A DNA stretch of 64,000 bases from Acidimicrobiales bacterium (GTDB lineage Bacteria > Actinomycetota > Acidimicrobiia > Acidimicrobiales > Bog-793): contig JBKQMT010000009.1 of assembly GCA_052146595.1 (NCBI GenBank), positions 9,484-73,483 of the forward strand. Direction: 5' to 3'. The position numbers were made by a program, and so were the translations under genes. Positions 49,761 through 58,314 of this stretch are shown here, in pieces; the first letter of the stretch is position 1; the number at the start of each line of letters is the position of its first letter. Under the pieces are notes generated by a model. That model made no database searches. It worked only from the letters and a program-made list of their open reading frames with translations, and had not been told where the DNA came from.

Positions 49761-50783
49761 ATGGTAGTGCTGCTGGGACGACACGATGAATTCGCAGCAC
49801 ATGCCACAGGAACATGGCACCCTGAGCGTGCCGAACGGCTGGCGGCAGTCTTCTCCGGGGTGGAGGACTCCCCTGCCGCGGCGGTGATTGTGCCGTTCGA
49901 GCCACGTCGGGCGACACGAGCGGAGCTCGAGATCGTCCACGACCCTTCCTACATCGAGCGGATCGAGGACCACTGCCTGAGCGGCGGCGGGAATCTCGAC
50001 CCGGACACCGTCGCCGCTCCCGCCTCCTTCGACGCAGCCCTACGGGCGGCCGGCGCGGGACTCGAGGCGGTGGAACGCCTCCGCCGAGGCGAGGGCGACA
50101 GCGCTTTTCTGGCCGTGAGGCCCCCTGGGCACCACGCCCTCGGGGCGAGGGCCATGGGTTTCTGCTTGTTCAACAACGTCGCGGTCACCGCCGGGCTCAT
50201 CGCCGCCCAGGGCGAGCGGGTCATGGTGCTCGACTGGGACGCCCACCACGGCAACGGGACCCAGGACATCTTCTACGACCGCGCCGAGGTTCTTTACGTC
50301 TCGCTCCACCAGTTCCCCTTCTATCCGGGTACCGGGTCGCTGAGCGAGACAGGGGTCGGGCCGGGAAGGGGAGCCACTGTGAACCTGCCCTTCCCGGCGG
50401 GGACCTCGGGGGACGCCTACCGCTTGGCCTTTGACGAGGTGGTCGTACCGCTGGCCGAGGAATTCGCCCCGAGCTGGCTGCTCATCTCGGCCGGCTTCGA
50501 TGCGCACCGGGCCGATCCGCTGACCGATCTCGGCCTGAGCGCGGGCGACTTTGCAGACCTGACCGCGAAGGCGGTCCATCTGGTGCCGCGGGGACGGCTC
50601 GTGGCCTTCCTCGAGGGCGGCTACGACCTGAGATCGCTCGCCCGCAGCGTCGGTGCCTGCGTGGCTGCGCTCGGAGGGGTCGACTACCGTCCCGAGCCGG
50701 CCTCTCGGGGCGGGATAAGCGAAGGCGCTCGCCAGGTCATCGCCACGGCCGGTCGCTACCACCGGGCCGCGCTCTCGCGGTGA
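49761..50783 (+). CDS. Histone-deacetylase-family (AcuC/acetylpolyamine amidohydrolase-like) deacetylase
   Basis: RPPGHHA, DWDAHHGNGTQDIFY and EGGY are the class I/II HDAC catalytic motifs. ATG 49761 is preferred. The stop overlaps the cca start (GTGA). Confidence 0.85.
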   Translation: MVVLLGRHDEFAAHATGTWHPERAERLAAVFSGVEDSPAAAVIVPFEPRRATRAELEIVHDPSYIERIEDHCLSGGGNLDPDTVAAPASFDAALRAAGAGLEAVERLRRGEGDSAFLAVRPPGHHALGARAMGFCLFNNVAVTAGLIAAQGERVMVLDWDAHHGNGTQDIFYDRAEVLYVSLHQFPFYPGTGSLSETGVGPGRGATVNLPFPAGTSGDAYRLAFDEVVVPLAEEFAPSWLLISAGFDAHRADPLTDLGLSAGDFADLTAKAVHLVPRGRLVAFLEGGYDLRSLARSVGACVAALGGVDYRPEPASRGGISEGARQVIATAGRYHRAALSR

Positions 50784-52225
50784 ACCGGGAGCCGACATCT
50801 CCGAGCTTCGTCCCCGAGCGCCTCCGCCCGGTGCTCGAGGCGACGCTGCCGATCGCCGAGCGTTTCCAGGCCGCCGGCAAGCGGCTCTTCCTCGTCGGGG
50901 GCCCGGTGCGCGACGGCATTGCCGGACGGCCTGGAGGTGGCGAACCGGGCCTGGACGCCGACATCGATCTCACCACAGACGCCACCCCGGAGGAGATCGA
51001 GGCCCTCGTCTCCGACCTTGCCGAGGCTTTGTGGAGCCAAGGCAAGAGGTTCGGGACCATCGGGCTCGTGCACGCGGGGCGCCGTTTCGAGATAACGACG
51101 CACAGGGCGGAGGCCTATGTGCCCGACTCCCGCAAGCCCGAGGTCCGTTTCGGCAACGACATCGAGACGGACCTGTCGCGGCGGGACTTCACCGTGAACG
51201 CCATGGCTCTGAGCCTGCCCGAGCTCGTGCTCGTCGATCCGTTCGAGGGGATCGCCGATCTCGCCGCCCGCCGGTTGCGCACCCCGCTCGATCCCGAGGT
51301 GTCCTTCTCCGACGACCCTCTGCGCATGCTCCGGGCCGCGCGCTTCATTGCCGGCTACGAGCTCAGACCCGACGCCGCCCTCGTGACGGCCGTGGAGACG
51401 ATGCGGTCCCGCCTCGAGATCGTCTCCAAGGAGAGGATCCGCGACGAGCTCGACAAACTGCTCCTGCTGCCGGTTCCGACCCAGGGCCTGTGGTTCCTCG
51501 TCCACACCGGGCTGGCCGAGGAGTTCCTGCCCGAACTTCCCGCCCTTGCCCTCGAGCAGGACCCCATCCAGCGGCACAAGGACGTCCTCGCCCACACGAT
51601 CGCTGTCGTCGAGAAGACGGGCCCCGACAGGACCCTGCGCCTGGCTGCGCTCTTCCACGACGTGGGAAAGCCCTTGACACGCTCCATGGGCCCGGGCGGG
51701 GTCCACTTCCACCACCACGACGTCGTCGGGGCGAAGATGGCGCGAAAGCGCATGACCGAGCTCCGCTACCCGAGCGAGCTCATCGACGACGTCGAGCGGC
51801 TCGTGTTGCTCCACCTCCGTTTCCACACCTACAAGATGGGTTGGACCGACTCGGCGGTGCGCCGCTACGCGCACGACGCCGGCCCGCTGCTCGGCCGTCT
51901 GAACGAGCTGACCCGCTGCGACTGCACGACTCGCAACCAAGCCAAGGCACGCGATCTCGCCTTGCGCATGGATGAGCTCGAGCTGCGTCTCGCGGAGCTG
52001 CGCGAGCGGGAGGAGCTGGACTCCATCCGCCCCCAGCTCAACGGCGTCGCTGTCATGAAGCATCTCGGCATCCCGCCCGGGCGCGACGTAGGTGCCGCGC
52101 TCGAGTACCTGCTGCAGATCCGCCTTGATGAGGGCGTGCTCGACGAGGAGGAGGTCCTGCGACGGCTCGACGCCTGGTGGGCAGAGCGGTCCCGGTCGGG
52201 GGCTAGCGGAGCGGTCGGGGGCTAG
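50780..52225 (+). CDS. cca: CCA-adding tRNA nucleotidyltransferase with HD domain
   Basis: LVGGPVRD, DIDLTT, RDFTVNAM (Pol-beta nucleotidyltransferase head), and HDVGKP in the HD domain. Confidence 0.88.
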   Translation: MNREPTSPSFVPERLRPVLEATLPIAERFQAAGKRLFLVGGPVRDGIAGRPGGGEPGLDADIDLTTDATPEEIEALVSDLAEALWSQGKRFGTIGLVHAGRRFEITTHRAEAYVPDSRKPEVRFGNDIETDLSRRDFTVNAMALSLPELVLVDPFEGIADLAARRLRTPLDPEVSFSDDPLRMLRAARFIAGYELRPDAALVTAVETMRSRLEIVSKERIRDELDKLLLLPVPTQGLWFLVHTGLAEEFLPELPALALEQDPIQRHKDVLAHTIAVVEKTGPDRTLRLAALFHDVGKPLTRSMGPGGVHFHHHDVVGAKMARKRMTELRYPSELIDDVERLVLLHLRFHTYKMGWTDSAVRRYAHDAGPLLGRLNELTRCDCTTRNQAKARDLALRMDELELRLAELREREELDSIRPQLNGVAVMKHLGIPPGRDVGAALEYLLQIRLDEGVLDEEEVLRRLDAWWAERSRSGASGAVGG

Positions 52226-52241
52226 CGGAGCGGTCGGGGGC
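52193..52241. repeat. 19-bp tandem repeat, about 2.6 copies, spanning the cca stop codon
   Basis: CGGTCGGGGGCTAGCGGAG at 52193-52211 and 52212-52230 (identical), plus partial CGGTCGGGGGC at 52231-52241. The cca TAG (52223-52225) lies in copy 2. Confidence 0.85.
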
Positions 52242-52531
52242 GCCTTGCCGCGGCCATCTCGGTGGCTCCCGCGAAGTCCTCGAGCCTCGAGCTTCAGCTC
52301 CAAGTTGAGCGGCACGTGGGCGACCGGGGCCGCTAATCGTGGGACACGTGCTCTGGAACCTGGGCCCCATTTCTCCAGCGCCTTTTTTCGGCGCAGGGCC
52401 TTTGACGGTCGAGCTCCTGCCGCTCGTACCTGCGACATTCGTGTTCTGGCTGTTGTGGCGCGACTGGCTGGCTCGCCGCCCCGCCACGCCACGGTCGGGG
52501 GCAGGGCGGCGGGCACGGTAGCCTGGCATCG

Positions 52532-52945
52532 ATGTCGAGCGTCCGGAGCGGTCCGCAGTCGAGTTGGGGGGTTGGCGGCTTTCCGCGTCCCGGCAGCATC
52601 GAGTACCGGCTGATGCGTGAATCGATCGTGAGGGAGTACCGGCGGGGCCGTCTCGGCCGCCTCGAGGTCTGCGACGCCCAGCCCGAACTGCTCCGGGTCG
52701 CGAGGAACCTCGGGCGGGAGACCGATACCGAGTGCCCCATCTGTGAGCACGAGCAACTCGTGCACGTCATGTTCGCGTTCGGACCGGGTCTTCCCCCCGG
52801 CGGGTTGCCCGTGACCGATCTTGGAGTACTGACCAAGACCGCCCGCAAGAGCAGCGACGTTGCTTGCTATCTGGTCGAAGTCTGTACAGGATGTTCTTGG
52901 AACCATCTTCTGAGTGTGTTCGCTCCAGGAGCCCATGACCGCTGA
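52532..52945 (+). CDS. Conserved actinobacterial protein with 4-Cys motif (DUF5318-like)
   Basis: IEYRLMRESIVREYRRGRLGRLEVCDAQPELLRVARNLG, then CPIC ... CTGC. The family name is from memory of the Rv0049-type protein and has not been searched. Confidence 0.6.
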   Translation: MSSVRSGPQSSWGVGGFPRPGSIEYRLMRESIVREYRRGRLGRLEVCDAQPELLRVARNLGRETDTECPICEHEQLVHVMFAFGPGLPPGGLPVTDLGVLTKTARKSSDVACYLVEVCTGCSWNHLLSVFAPGAHDR

Positions 52946-52990
52946 TTGACCGCCGGCAGCCCAGAGCGCCGGACGGGAGGAGGTCCGAAG

Positions 52991-53836
52991 ATGACAGTCT
53001 CGGTGACGGTGCCGGAGATCCGCGCCCGCAAGCGGGCTCGGGGCGCAGAGCCGATCGTGATGGTCACGGCCTACGACGCGCCTTTTGCCCGTGTCGTCGA
53101 CGCAGCTGGCGTTGACGTCATTCTCGTCGGCGACACGCTCGCCGAGGTTGTCCTCGGAGAGGAGAACACCCTGGGGGTCAGCGTCGGCGACCTCGCCCAC
53201 CACGTCGCGGCGGTGGCCCGCGCCCGGCCACGAGCCTTGCTGCTCGGTGACATGCCGTGGCTCAGTTACCACCTCGAGGCGAGTGACACTGTGCGGAACG
53301 CGGCACGCCTGGTCCGGGCCGGTGCCCAGGCGGTCAAGCTCGAGGGCGGGCGTCGCCGGGTTCCCGCCGTGCGGGCGATCATCGACGCGGAGATACCCGT
53401 GATGGGTCACCTCGGTCTCACGCCTCAGTCCATTAACGCCATGGGGGGCTACAAGGTCCAAGGCCGCGAGACGACTGCCGCTTCCGAGCTGCGCCAGGAC
53501 GCCGACGCTCTGGCGTTCGCGGGCTGTTTCGCCCTCGTGCTCGAGGGCGTGCCCGATGTACTGGCCGAGCGTGTCACCGCGGACGTGGACATCCCGACGA
53601 TCGGCATCGGGGCCGGCCCCGCCTGCGACGGACAGGTGATCGTCCTGCACGACCTGCTGGGGCTCACCGAGAGCGAGCCCGCCCGGTTCGTCCGCCGGTA
53701 TGCAGAGCTGGGAAGTCTTGCCACGAAGGCCGTGAGCGACTGGGCCGCAGACGTCCGAGCGGGACGATACCCATCCGAGGCCGAGTCCTACCACGCATCG
53801 GCGGAGTTACGCGGGGCGCTCGGGCTTCCGTCCTGA
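52991..53836 (+). CDS. panB: 3-methyl-2-oxobutanoate hydroxymethyltransferase
   Basis: MVTAYDAPFARVVDAAGVDVILVGDTLAEVVLG, AVKLEGG, MGHLGLTPQS, GIGAGPACDGQV. ATG 52991 has GGAGGAGG upstream. Confidence 0.92.
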   Translation: MTVSVTVPEIRARKRARGAEPIVMVTAYDAPFARVVDAAGVDVILVGDTLAEVVLGEENTLGVSVGDLAHHVAAVARARPRALLLGDMPWLSYHLEASDTVRNAARLVRAGAQAVKLEGGRRRVPAVRAIIDAEIPVMGHLGLTPQSINAMGGYKVQGRETTAASELRQDADALAFAGCFALVLEGVPDVLAERVTADVDIPTIGIGAGPACDGQVIVLHDLLGLTESEPARFVRRYAELGSLATKAVSDWAADVRAGRYPSEAESYHASAELRGALGLPS

Positions 53837-53993
53837 GTGACACACCCGCCTGCGACGCTTTGCGCGTGGAGGACCACACGCGTCAGGCTCTGCCAGCCTC
53901 GGCTACCATGTCGATGTCCCTTGTACCCCTGCCCCGTCAGAACCGGGGCCCCGAACGCCGAGAGCGACCGGGTCCGGAGGAGGTGAGGCCGCA

Positions 53994-54365
53994 GTGCGGC
54001 CCTATGAAGTCATGGTTATTTTCGATGTCGGCCTCGAGGACGGCGACATCAACGCCAGTCTTGATCGCATCACGTCGCTGGTGCGCGACCGGGGGGGCAG
54101 TCCAGGTCGCTCGGAGCGCTGGGGCCGCCGGACATTCGCGTACGAGCTCAAGCACCGCAGCGAGGGTTACTACGTCCTTATCGAGTTCACGGCCGAGCCA
54201 GTCCTTGTGGCTGAGCTCGACCGGATGCTGACTCTTGACGACCTAGTGCTCCGCCACAAGGTGATCCGGCAACCGGACAAGCAGAGCGGGCGAGCCCTTC
54301 GCGCTGAAGCGAAGCGACGCCAGACCGCCGCGCGCAAGGCTGCCCGGGCCAAAGCGGCGAGCTGA
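53994..54365 (+). CDS. rpsF: 30S ribosomal protein S6
   Basis: (M)RPYEVMVIFD..., WGRRTFAYELKHRSEGYYVLIEF. GTG start with GGAGGAGGTGAGG upstream. Confidence 0.93.
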   Translation: MRPYEVMVIFDVGLEDGDINASLDRITSLVRDRGGSPGRSERWGRRTFAYELKHRSEGYYVLIEFTAEPVLVAELDRMLTLDDLVLRHKVIRQPDKQSGRALRAEAKRRQTAARKAARAKAAS

Positions 54366-54384
54366 GCGAACTGGAGAGAATGAA

Positions 54385-54870
54385 ATGTCGAACGGGAACA
54401 CCGTAACCCTCGTGGGCAACGTCACACGTGACCCTGAGCTTCGCTTCACGCCGAACGGGCAGGCCACGGCCAGCTTTGGCCTGGCGGTCAATCGCCGGTG
54501 GCAGAACCGCCAGACCCAAGAGTGGGAGGAAGCCACTTCCTTTTTCGACGTCGTGTGCTGGCGCGAGATGGCCGAGAACGTGAGCGAGACGCTGACGCGT
54601 GGCGCCCGCGTGATCGTCACGGGCCGGTTGGAGCAGCGCAGCTGGGAGACCGCCGAAGGTGACAAGCGGTCGAAGATCGAAGTCGTCGCCGACGAGCTCG
54701 GGCCGAGCCTTCGGTGGGCGACCGCGCAAGTGGTGAAGAACGAGAGGCGTGGACCTGAGGGTGGCTCCGGTGGCGGGGCCACCCGAAGTGCCACCCCACA
54801 CTCGAGCGCTCAACCTGCCGGGCAAGCCGCTGGCGACGCGTTCGCGTCTTACGACGAGGAGCCCTTCTAG
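54385..54870 (+). CDS. ssb: Single-stranded DNA-binding protein
   Basis: NTVTLVGNVTRDPELRFTPNGQA, OB fold, Gly-rich linker, C-terminal acidic tip YDEEPF. Confidence 0.95.
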   Translation: MSNGNTVTLVGNVTRDPELRFTPNGQATASFGLAVNRRWQNRQTQEWEEATSFFDVVCWREMAENVSETLTRGARVIVTGRLEQRSWETAEGDKRSKIEVVADELGPSLRWATAQVVKNERRGPEGGSGGGATRSATPHSSAQPAGQAAGDAFASYDEEPF

Positions 54871-55365
54871 ATGGCGCGCAACAACGACCGAGACCGCGGC
54901 ACCCGCCGCGCACCCAAAGAGACCAGCCGGCGGACCAAGAAGAAGATCTGCATCTTCTGCAAGGAGCACGCCACCTGGGTCGACTACAAGGACGTGAACC
55001 TGTTGCGGAAGTTCATGTCCGATCGCGGCAAGATCCGCGCGCGGCGCGTGTCGGGTAACTGCGCCCAGCACCAGCGTGAGGTTGCTCTGGCGATCAAGAC
55101 CGCTCGGGAGCTGGCTCTCCTGCCTTTCACGCAGCGGACGACAAGCGAGCGGCCCAGCGGACGCGGTGCGGGCCGTGGTGCGCCCGCCAGCCGCGGGCCG
55201 TCACGCGGCGATTCCGCCGAGGAACCGGAGCTGGACGTGCTGTTGACCGATACGGTGCTCGACGACGATCTCGAGGATTCCGAGCTCGAGGCTTCCGAGC
55301 TCGAGGACTCCGATGTCGAGGATCTGGTGCTGGCCGGCGCTGAAGACGAGGCGGGCGAGCAGTGA
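54871..55365 (+). CDS. rpsR: 30S ribosomal protein S18 with ~70-aa C-terminal extension (G/R-rich then strongly acidic)
   Basis: S18 core [60 protein letters not shown]. The ORF then continues to 164 aa, ending [34 protein letters not shown]. The stop overlaps the rplI GTG (GTGA). Confidence 0.9.
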   Translation: MARNNDRDRGTRRAPKETSRRTKKKICIFCKEHATWVDYKDVNLLRKFMSDRGKIRARRVSGNCAQHQREVALAIKTARELALLPFTQRTTSERPSGRGAGRGAPASRGPSRGDSAEEPELDVLLTDTVLDDDLEDSELEASELEDSDVEDLVLAGAEDEAGEQ

Positions 55366-55814
55366 AGGTCGTGCTGCGTGCCGACGTGCCCGGTGTCGGA
55401 AAGCGGGGAGACATCACGGAAGTGTCTGACGGCTTCGCTAGGAACTACCTGGTGCCTCAGGGCCGTGCGATCCTCGCCAACGTCGGGATCGAAGACCAGG
55501 CTGCTTCGATGCGTCGCTCGCGTGACCTCAAGGACGCACGTAACCGGGAGGGCGCCGAGACGATTGCCCGCAAGCTCGTCCCTATCGTGTTCCGGATCGA
55601 GGCGCGGTCCGGCAGCGAGGGCAGGTTGTTTGGTTCCGTTACGGCTTCTGACATCGTCGACGCCGTCAACAAGCAGTCGGGCGTCGAGCTCGACCGCCGC
55701 CGGCTCGTGATCGACGAGCCGATAAAGACTCTCGGCTCCCACGAGGTGGGCGTGCGCCTTCACCCCGAGGTCGAGTTCCGTCTCACATTGGAGGTCGTGA
55801 GCTCGGCGAGCTGA
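55362..55814 (+). CDS. rplI: 50S ribosomal protein L9
   Basis: [36 protein letters not shown] is a canonical L9 N-terminus. Confidence 0.95.
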   Translation: MKVVLRADVPGVGKRGDITEVSDGFARNYLVPQGRAILANVGIEDQAASMRRSRDLKDARNREGAETIARKLVPIVFRIEARSGSEGRLFGSVTASDIVDAVNKQSGVELDRRRLVIDEPIKTLGSHEVGVRLHPEVEFRLTLEVVSSAS

Positions 55815-56089
55815 CCGGAGCTGTTCGGACGGCCAGCTCGGGGCGACGAGGGTGATGCCTACCTTCGGGGTGACGGGGGTAATACAGCCAGATGGGAGCC
55901 TGTGGCTGTGACGGCAAACGGGTCCCGGCTCTCCAAAGACGACCGAACCGGCCTCACAGGCGCCTTTGCTCCCGATGACCTGAGCAAGCTTGTCCACGCT
56001 CCATGCACAGGATTTGCCATATTTCCCGCGGGTAATCCACAAGATCCGGCCCTAGCGTCCCCCAGGGCCCTGAGTTCATCCTTGTCCTG

Positions 56090-57481
56090 ATGACTGTTCT
56101 GCAGCCCCTGCCCGATGTGTCGCGGCGGCGGCGAACGGCAGGCCCGTCCTCGACGGTTGCGGGCACTTCGCGGGTACCGCCTCACAATTTTGACGCCGAG
56201 GAGTCCGTGTTGGGCGCGATGCTGCTCTCACGTGACGCGATCGCAGTCGTCGTCGAGGAGGTGAGCGCCGAGGACTTCTACAAGCCGTCCCACGCCCACA
56301 TCTATTCGGCCATCACTTCGCTTTATGCCAACGGTTTGCCTGCAGACATCGTGACGGTCCCTGAGCAGCTGCGCCGGGTGGGCGTGCTCGACGCCTCCGG
56401 CGGCGCGGCGGCTCTCATCGCATTGCAGGCCAACACGCCAGCGATCTCCAGTGCGGGCCGCTACGCGCGCATCGTGAAGGAGCACGCCCTCCTTCGCCGC
56501 CTGATCGGGGTCGCGCACGAGATCGCTGAGATCGGCTACGAGGTCCCCTCCGACGTCGCCGGAGCGCTCGACCAGGCCGAGGCGCTTGTGTTCGATGTTG
56601 CCCAGCGGCGTACCTCGGACTCGGTGCGCTCGCTCAAGGATCTGTTGACGGAGAGCCTCGAGCGTCTCGATCACCTGTACGGAAGGGGCGAGACGATCAC
56701 CGGTGTGCCTACCGGGTACGGCGAGCTCGACTACCTCCTCTCGGGGTTGCAGCCGTCCAACCTGATCGTGGTGGGTGCCAGGCCGTCGATGGGAAAGACG
56801 GCCTTCGCACTCGGGCTGGCGGCGCACGCCGCTTCGAACCACGGCGTGCCGGTGCTGTTCTTCTCGCTCGAGATGAGCCATCTGGAGATCGCCCAGCGCG
56901 TGCTCGCGGCCGAGGCACGTCTCGACGTCAGCAAGCTCCGCAACGGGCGGCTGCTGGACAGCGACTGGCCACGCATCTCGAGCGCTATCGGCCGTATCGA
57001 CACGGCGCCCCTGTTCATCGACGACAACCCGAACGTGACCATCATGGACATCCGGGCCAAGGCGCGCCGGATGCGGTCTTCGGACGGCATCGGCCTTGTC
57101 GTCATCGATTATCTGCAGCTCATGACGGGCCGGTCGTCAGCGGAGAACCGCCAGGTCGAGATCTCCGAGATCTCCCGAGGGCTCAAGATTCTCGCCCGCG
57201 AGCTGCAACTTCCGGTCGTGGCTCTCAGCCAATTGTCCCGGAATCTCGAGGCTCGGGCGGACAAGCGTCCGATGCTCGCCGACCTGCGGGAGAGCGGTGC
57301 CATCGAGCAGGACGCCGACGTCGTGATGTTCATCTACCGCGACGAGGTTTACAATCCCGACTCGGCTGACCGGGGGACGGCCGAGGTGCTCGTCGCCAAG
57401 CACAGGAACGGGCCGACGGGATCAGCTCACTTGGCCTTCATCGCCAATTACGCGAAATTCGGGGAATTGGCCAGGGTTTGA
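56090..57481 (+). CDS. dnaB: Replicative DNA helicase DnaB (no intein)
   Basis: PPHNFDAEESVLGAMLL, Walker A GARPSMGKTAF, SLEMS, IDYLQLM, QLSRNLE, LRESGAIEQDADVV. The 463-aa length leaves no room for an intein. Confidence 0.95.
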   Translation: MTVLQPLPDVSRRRRTAGPSSTVAGTSRVPPHNFDAEESVLGAMLLSRDAIAVVVEEVSAEDFYKPSHAHIYSAITSLYANGLPADIVTVPEQLRRVGVLDASGGAAALIALQANTPAISSAGRYARIVKEHALLRRLIGVAHEIAEIGYEVPSDVAGALDQAEALVFDVAQRRTSDSVRSLKDLLTESLERLDHLYGRGETITGVPTGYGELDYLLSGLQPSNLIVVGARPSMGKTAFALGLAAHAASNHGVPVLFFSLEMSHLEIAQRVLAAEARLDVSKLRNGRLLDSDWPRISSAIGRIDTAPLFIDDNPNVTIMDIRAKARRMRSSDGIGLVVIDYLQLMTGRSSAENRQVEISEISRGLKILARELQLPVVALSQLSRNLEARADKRPMLADLRESGAIEQDADVVMFIYRDEVYNPDSADRGTAEVLVAKHRNGPTGSAHLAFIANYAKFGELARV

Positions 57482-57573
57482 GGGGGAGGCATCAGTAGCT
57501 GAGGCTAGCCACCGGGATATGCAACAGATCGGTAGTCCCGCTGGCATGCTTCTTGAGGCAGGAGTGCTCAGGC

Positions 57574-58314
57574 TCAAGCCGCAGCGTGTGGCTCGAGAAC
57601 CTCGCGCAGTGGCCAGTGGAAGTCCTCAGGAGCTAGGCCCGACCTGCCGTTTGCACGGCACCACGAGTCGTATTCGAGCGCCCAGGCGTGATGCCAGTAG
57701 ACCTGAGACCGCGTCAGGTTCCCGATCTCGCACGCGGCGATAGCCGGATACCGCTCGGCGATCGCAAGGGCAATGGCGACGGTGGCATCAGCATCGCTCC
57801 CGGCGTCGTGCGGGCTGCGGAGACCAACCTCGTAGACGCGGCACAAAGCGTCCAGGCGCCGCTTGCCGGATCGGTAAGGATCGACTTGGCGGTCGATGAC
57901 GAGCGGATCGACGAGCGCCCCCCATTCGATCGGCCTCAGCCGGAAGCTCCGGAACAGCATTGTGGCGATCGTGACGTCGAAGCTCGCGTTCATGGCCACT
58001 ACCGGCACATGATCCGCCTGAGCCTGCTCGAGGACGTCGTGCACCATCGCGGCAGCCTCTCCGAGCGGGCAACCTTCCCGGCGCACTTTTCGAGTGGAGA
58101 TCCCGTGGATCGCCTCAGCCGCCGGGGGGATCTCGCATCCGGGATCTACAACGAACACGTTACGCTGGCCATGGCTGCACGACTCCCAACGGACGAGAGC
58201 GACTTGGACCGGCAGGTCTTTGCAGGGATCGATCCCGGTCGTTTCAAGATCGAACCCGACCAGTGGGCCGTGGTTCCAGGTCATGTCGCGTACGGTAAGC
58301 GAGGGTTGTGTCAC
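57574..58314 (-). CDS. DEDDh-family 3'-5' exonuclease (DnaQ/epsilon-like domain)
   Basis: Exo I VGFDLETTG, Exo II MNASFDV, Exo III HDAGSDADAT. The start is GTG 58314 (GTGA overlap with the upstream stop) or ATG 58284. Confidence 0.8.
   Translation of the reverse strand: MTQPSLTVRDMTWNHGPLVGFDLETTGIDPCKDLPVQVALVRWESCSHGQRNVFVVDPGCEIPPAAEAIHGISTRKVRREGCPLGEAAAMVHDVLEQAQADHVPVVAMNASFDVTIATMLFRSFRLRPIEWGALVDPLVIDRQVDPYRSGKRRLDALCRVYEVGLRSPHDAGSDADATVAIALAIAERYPAIAACEIGNLTRSQVYWHHAWALEYDSWCRANGRSGLAPEDFHWPLREVLEPHAAA

Noticed and set aside
50756-53794. 1012-aa minus-strand ORF, the longest in the track
   Set aside because: It runs antisense across cca, the DUF5318-like gene, panB and two spacers. 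It reflects stop-codon paucity in the antisense frame of GC3-rich genes, and its sequence is low-complexity.
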